The notes under the pieces: model-generated | Database searches by the model: none | What the model saw: only the letters and a program-made list of their open reading frames with translations | Told to the model about the DNA's origin: nothing | Made by a program: the position numbers and the translations under genes | Shown here: positions 25,832-28,600 of the stretch, piece after piece | Layout: every line of letters starts with the position of its first letter | Numbering within the stretch: the stretch's first letter is position 1 | IMG/VR virus record: IMGVR_UViG_3300031848_000030 | Location: 1 to 28,600 of that record | Length of the DNA stretch: 28,600 bases | From: a virus | Lineage: Duplodnaviria; Caudoviricetes | Direction: 5' to 3' (one strand)

Positions 25832-26611
25832 TTATTTCTTCCTCTTGCTGATGCGTAACGATCCTCGTTTGTCACGCCTTATTGTTATGTCGTCTGAATA
25901 AACCTCACGTTCATTGTCCGCGACCATTGCCTTCAAGTCTTTCTTTGCACTGTCAAATGATTTAGCTGCTGACTCATTATCAATGTAGTCCTGCGTAATC
26001 GAAGTGAAGTGGTTGTCCATGCTTGCGTCACGCTTAACCATATCGTCTATCAATACTTGATTGATTGGTGATGCGATGGGCTGGTCGTGACCAATAGGCT
26101 CGTCATCGCTTTCGACATGGCCCCAGAAATCTGAACAAGCATCAAGCATGACAGCTAAGTAGGAGCTGTTTGCCTGTATGTATGTGCTTTCCCATCTGTT
26201 GTTGCCAAAGATAACTGACATGTATGCACCATCAGTACCAGCTAACCAGCAGTATAGCTGCACTTGTGCCATGTAATACTCTGCTACATTGTGAATAGTA
26301 TTGTGAGCATAGGTATGCTTGGCTTCAAGGATGGCATTGCTTCCATCAATGCGTCCATCAATCGTACCCTTGTATGGTACTCCATGTGCTGAGCGTTTGA
26401 ACTCACACTGCTGAGCAGTTACTCGTTTATCATATTCTTTTTCAAACCATTCGATGTTAAAGTCTTCGGTAAGCACACCCATCTGCACGGCTAGGTTGTT
26501 AGATAAATCTTCTGACTCAACACGACCTGTTTTAATTTCCCACAGGTTATACCAATTGCCATTCATAATTTTGACAGCATCACTGCCACCTATAAATCCT
26601 TTACGTTCCAT
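25832..26611 (-). CDS. YqaJ/lambda-Exo-family 5'-3' exonuclease
   Basis: RKGFIGGSDA, GTIDG, ILEAK and YYMAQVQLY form the PD-(D/E)XK motif set. GAGGAG SD. Confidence 0.9.
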   Translation of the reverse strand: MERKGFIGGSDAVKIMNGNWYNLWEIKTGRVESEDLSNNLAVQMGVLTEDFNIEWFEKEYDKRVTAQQCEFKRSAHGVPYKGTIDGRIDGSNAILEAKHTYAHNTIHNVAEYYMAQVQLYCWLAGTDGAYMSVIFGNNRWESTYIQANSSYLAVMLDACSDFWGHVESDDEPIGHDQPIASPINQVLIDDMVKRDASMDNHFTSITQDYIDNESAAKSFDSAKKDLKAMVADNEREVYSDDITIRRDKRGSLRISKRKK

Positions 26612-26635
26612 ATTTATTCTCCTCTTTCAGTTAGT

Positions 26636-26664
26636 TATATACTGCAACTACGCAGTAGGATCAA
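26636..26664 (-). promoter_or_regulatory. Possible sigma70-type promoter for recombination genes
   Basis: Minus strand reads TTGATC-N17-TATATA. A short inverted repeat ACTGC-N6-GCAGT lies mostly in the spacer. Confidence 0.3.
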
Positions 26665-27124
26665 TGTATTTATTGAAGTCTGATTCTTGAAGGTCTGTCT
26701 CTGCAAGTAATTGCTCACGATAAGGACAGTCTTCTGCTAACAACCAGTCTGGTATGTCGTGACCATTCTTAATACGCTTGACCATACTCGCCTGATTGCT
26801 GACCATTGCAACAGGCTGGTCGCTAGCTATTAATGTATTGCGAGCGTATTCATCGACAGCTTTCTTAGTAGATTCGATGAAGGTCTTGATAGTAGGCCAT
26901 GACCTTGACGCTTGGTAAGCTCTGACATGAACATCTGTTTTCTCTAGCACTGCATTGATGTCATTAGGGTTAAAGTTTGAGGGTATGTAGCTGTTAATAT
27001 CATTGACAATTAAGTTAAGCTCGTCACCTAATGTCTCACGATCCATGCTGGCTGGTGGTGAGTAGCGTTTTAAGACACGCTGCAGCCACGAACCGATAGA
27101 AATTGTACGCTCGTTAAGGGTCAT
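26648..27124 (-). CDS. Hypothetical replication-associated protein (helicase-loader position)
   Basis: AAGGAG SD. Directly downstream of the initiator, with an 'RSWPTIKTF' motif. Function inferred from position only. Confidence 0.55.
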   Translation of the reverse strand: MTLNERTISIGSWLQRVLKRYSPPASMDRETLGDELNLIVNDINSYIPSNFNPNDINAVLEKTDVHVRAYQASRSWPTIKTFIESTKKAVDEYARNTLIASDQPVAMVSNQASMVKRIKNGHDIPDWLLAEDCPYREQLLAETDLQESDFNKYIDPTA

Positions 27125-27127
27125 GTG

Positions 27128-27799
27128 TTACTCCTTCTGTATGGCTAATTTATTTTGAGGCATATCCATTAGTATATCCTGTAAGAAATCTGTATTGTTC
27201 TTGGGCTGTGGTGCTATGTGATCTAGCTCGTCTTCCCATCGCTCGCCGTTAAGCCATGTCGTTGGGTGAGGAATGAACTGTCTGTCTTTACCTTGCATTG
27301 CATTAGAAAAATTTGCAGCTGCTATAAGTATAGCACGTGGATCAGCTATCTTACATGCCTTCTCGTACGCCTTGCGAGCATGACCCTTAGCTATCTTGCG
27401 TGGGTATACTAACCAGAAGTCTTCGAAGGGTGGTGTCTGTGTGACACCCGAAGTAGTATTACTATTAGTATATATATCTATTACATTAGATATTACTTGG
27501 GGTGTCTGTGTGACACTGGTGTCTGTCATGTCTGTCTCCTTTAGGTGAACGAATTGATATACACTAGCAACGCCTAGCCAGCCTGACTTGCGAGTCAGAT
27601 AGTTATTATCTACACACCAATTGATAGCGCGTATGACTGTGCTTCTGCTGAGTTCTGTTTTTTTTACGAGAGTTGGTATGCTTGGATAGCACATACCATC
27701 TAAGTTTGTGTAACTAGCAAGCACAATCATTAAGTATTTTGCATTTGAATTGTTTACTTGCCAAGTTATTATATCTCGTAGTAGTATGTCCGCATACAT
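27128..27799 (-). CDS. Replication initiator protein (lambda O-like architecture)
   Basis: N-terminal winged HTH (CYPSIPTL..KTELSRSTV.RAI), a central repeat linker, and C-terminal 'FEDFWLVYPRK..K..A' and 'PHPTTWLNGERWEDE'. Confidence 0.88.
   Translation of the reverse strand: MYADILLRDIITWQVNNSNAKYLMIVLASYTNLDGMCYPSIPTLVKKTELSRSTVIRAINWCVDNNYLTRKSGWLGVASVYQFVHLKETDMTDTSVTQTPQVISNVIDIYTNSNTTSGVTQTPPFEDFWLVYPRKIAKGHARKAYEKACKIADPRAILIAAANFSNAMQGKDRQFIPHPTTWLNGERWEDELDHIAPQPKNNTDFLQDILMDMPQNKLAIQKE
27432..27536. repeat. Putative replication origin: palindromic iterons flanking AT-rich segment
   Basis: GGTGTCTGTGTGACAC at 27432-27447 and 27501-27516, with half-sites at 27518 and 27529. AT-rich stretch at 27451-27498. 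Confidence 0.75.
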
Positions 27800-27837
27800 T
27801 TGGTTCCTTCCTGTTCCAATTGTTTCTCTTCTGAGTT

Positions 27838-27880
27838 ACTTCCAGCGTGGACTGCTCGTCATGCTGGAAGTTTTATTTTT
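27838..27880 (+). terminator. Terminator-like hairpin oriented antisense to early genes
   Basis: Stem ACTTCCAGC / GCTGGAAGT (extendable) followed by TTTATTTTT on the + strand. Confidence 0.55.
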
Positions 27881-28065
27881 CTGTACTCCGCTATTCTCTT
27901 GCCGTTATCTAATGTAACCATTTCTTTATGAAAAGGATAGCCTGATTCTTTAAGCTCATACATTCTTGACGCTAATCTAAAGCAGCCATACAGATTTAAT
28001 GCTTCATATGCTGTGATTGAATAGCCTTTGTTAAGATGTTGTTCTATTTGTTTAGTCTGATTCAT
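27859..28065 (-). CDS. Small winged-HTH DNA-binding protein (HTH_39-like)
   Basis: Pattern 'Q..QI..HL....IT.YEA...YGCFRLASR.YEL...GY'. AGGAG SD. Confidence 0.8.
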   Translation of the reverse strand: MNQTKQIEQHLNKGYSITAYEALNLYGCFRLASRMYELKESGYPFHKEMVTLDNGKRIAEYRKIKLPA

Positions 28066-28384
28066 CTTTCTTTACTCCTAGTAAATGTTCAAACAATTCT
28101 GCTGGCATTATTACCAGAGATTGTGGATCGCCATGCCTACGTTTATACATGGCAAGGTCACGCCCCTCTAATACTGTGAAGGGACTGGGGAAATTTGATT
28201 TGTCTCGGTACTTAACTTCTGTTACCAGCTTTCGTCCGCCCAATGTGATGTGGATGTCACCACTCCACTCACCTCCAAGCGCACCTGAGAGGGGGACGCG
28301 GTAGTTTTCGATACCAATTTTGTCGAGCCATTCGCAGAATCTTTTTTCATGGTAGATTCCTTTAGACTTATTTTTGTTTGCCAT
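28052..28384 (-). CDS. Holliday junction resolvase (Hjc-like PD-(D/E)XK)
   Basis: Motifs 'KSKG..HEK', 'RVPLSGALGG...GDI' and 'EVKYR'. GAGGA SD. Confidence 0.82.
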   Translation of the reverse strand: MANKNKSKGIYHEKRFCEWLDKIGIENYRVPLSGALGGEWSGDIHITLGGRKLVTEVKYRDKSNFPSPFTVLEGRDLAMYKRRHGDPQSLVIMPAELFEHLLGVKKDESD

Positions 28385-28548
28385 CTTTCCTCCTCATAGC
28401 AGCTAAGACATATGGTGTGGTACATAGCTGGCTTGATTGACGCCATGATTTGAACGAACATATCAGTGCGTTGACCACAAGCATCACACTTAAATGTGTT
28501 CTTGTTTAATATCTTTCGTGCAGATTTCGAACGTACAGCCAAGAGCAT
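28222..28548 (-). CDS. Putative small Zn-finger protein (start uncertain)
   Basis: CDAC...CLSC pair. Fills the gap between the XRE gene and the resolvase, and its C-terminal part overlaps the resolvase. Confidence 0.5.
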   Translation of the reverse strand: MLLAVRSKSARKILNKNTFKCDACGQRTDMFVQIMASIKPAMYHTICLSCYEEERWQTKISLKESTMKKDSANGSTKLVSKTTASPSQVRLEVSGVVTSTSHWADESW

Positions 28549-28600
28549 CCAACCAACAAGCGAGCATGAAACCAGATGGGACACGCTTGTGTTGTTCCCA
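28490..28600 (-). CDS. C-terminal fragment of XRE-family HTH regulator (5' end outside window; not in ORF track)
   Basis: Manual translation from 28600 gives WEQHKRVPSGFMLACWLDALGCTFEICTKDIKQEHI*, matching the XRE 'WE.G.R.P....L..l..ALG' pattern. Confidence 0.7.
   Translation of the reverse strand, partial: WEQHKRVPSGFMLACWLDALGCTFEICTKDIKQEHI

Noticed and set aside
28466-28473. GTGCGTTG partial match to the late motif
   Set aside because: It is only 8 nt, lacks the T-rich prefix and lies inside a minus-strand ORF, so it is compatible with chance.

Overview
This window is about 28.6 kb of a tailed dsDNA podovirus-type phage genome. The host is probably a marine alphaproteobacterium, which is an inference from gene content and layout. 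The + strand carries a T7/BPP-1-like morphogenesis module: terminase large subunit (5'-truncated), portal, scaffold, a displaced gp13-like GNAT protein, major capsid, tail tubular proteins A and B, three internal virion proteins, and a modular tail fibre with chaperone. After this come six tightly coupled envelope-targeted genes and a lysis cassette (EF-hand membrane protein, 3TM holin, GH108 endolysin). The - strand carries a lambdoid-style early module: XRE HTH fragment, Zn-finger protein, Holliday junction resolvase, HTH protein, replication initiator with internal palindromic iterons, YqaJ exonuclease, Rad52/Sak-like annealase and SSB. The most striking element is the cluster at 20128-23246. 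Five of its proteins have predicted Sec signal peptides and paired cysteines, including a chaperone-usher-type pilin look-alike next to a single-domain PapD-like chaperone look-alike, but no usher is present. This suggests an undescribed phage-encoded surface-fibre or envelope system. Other signals are a recurring late-promoter-like motif (TTGTGCGTTG), a structured capsid leader, an OOP-like antisense RNA candidate and recombination-hotspot-like repeats in the tail fibre. All family assignments come from motif recognition by eye, not database searches.
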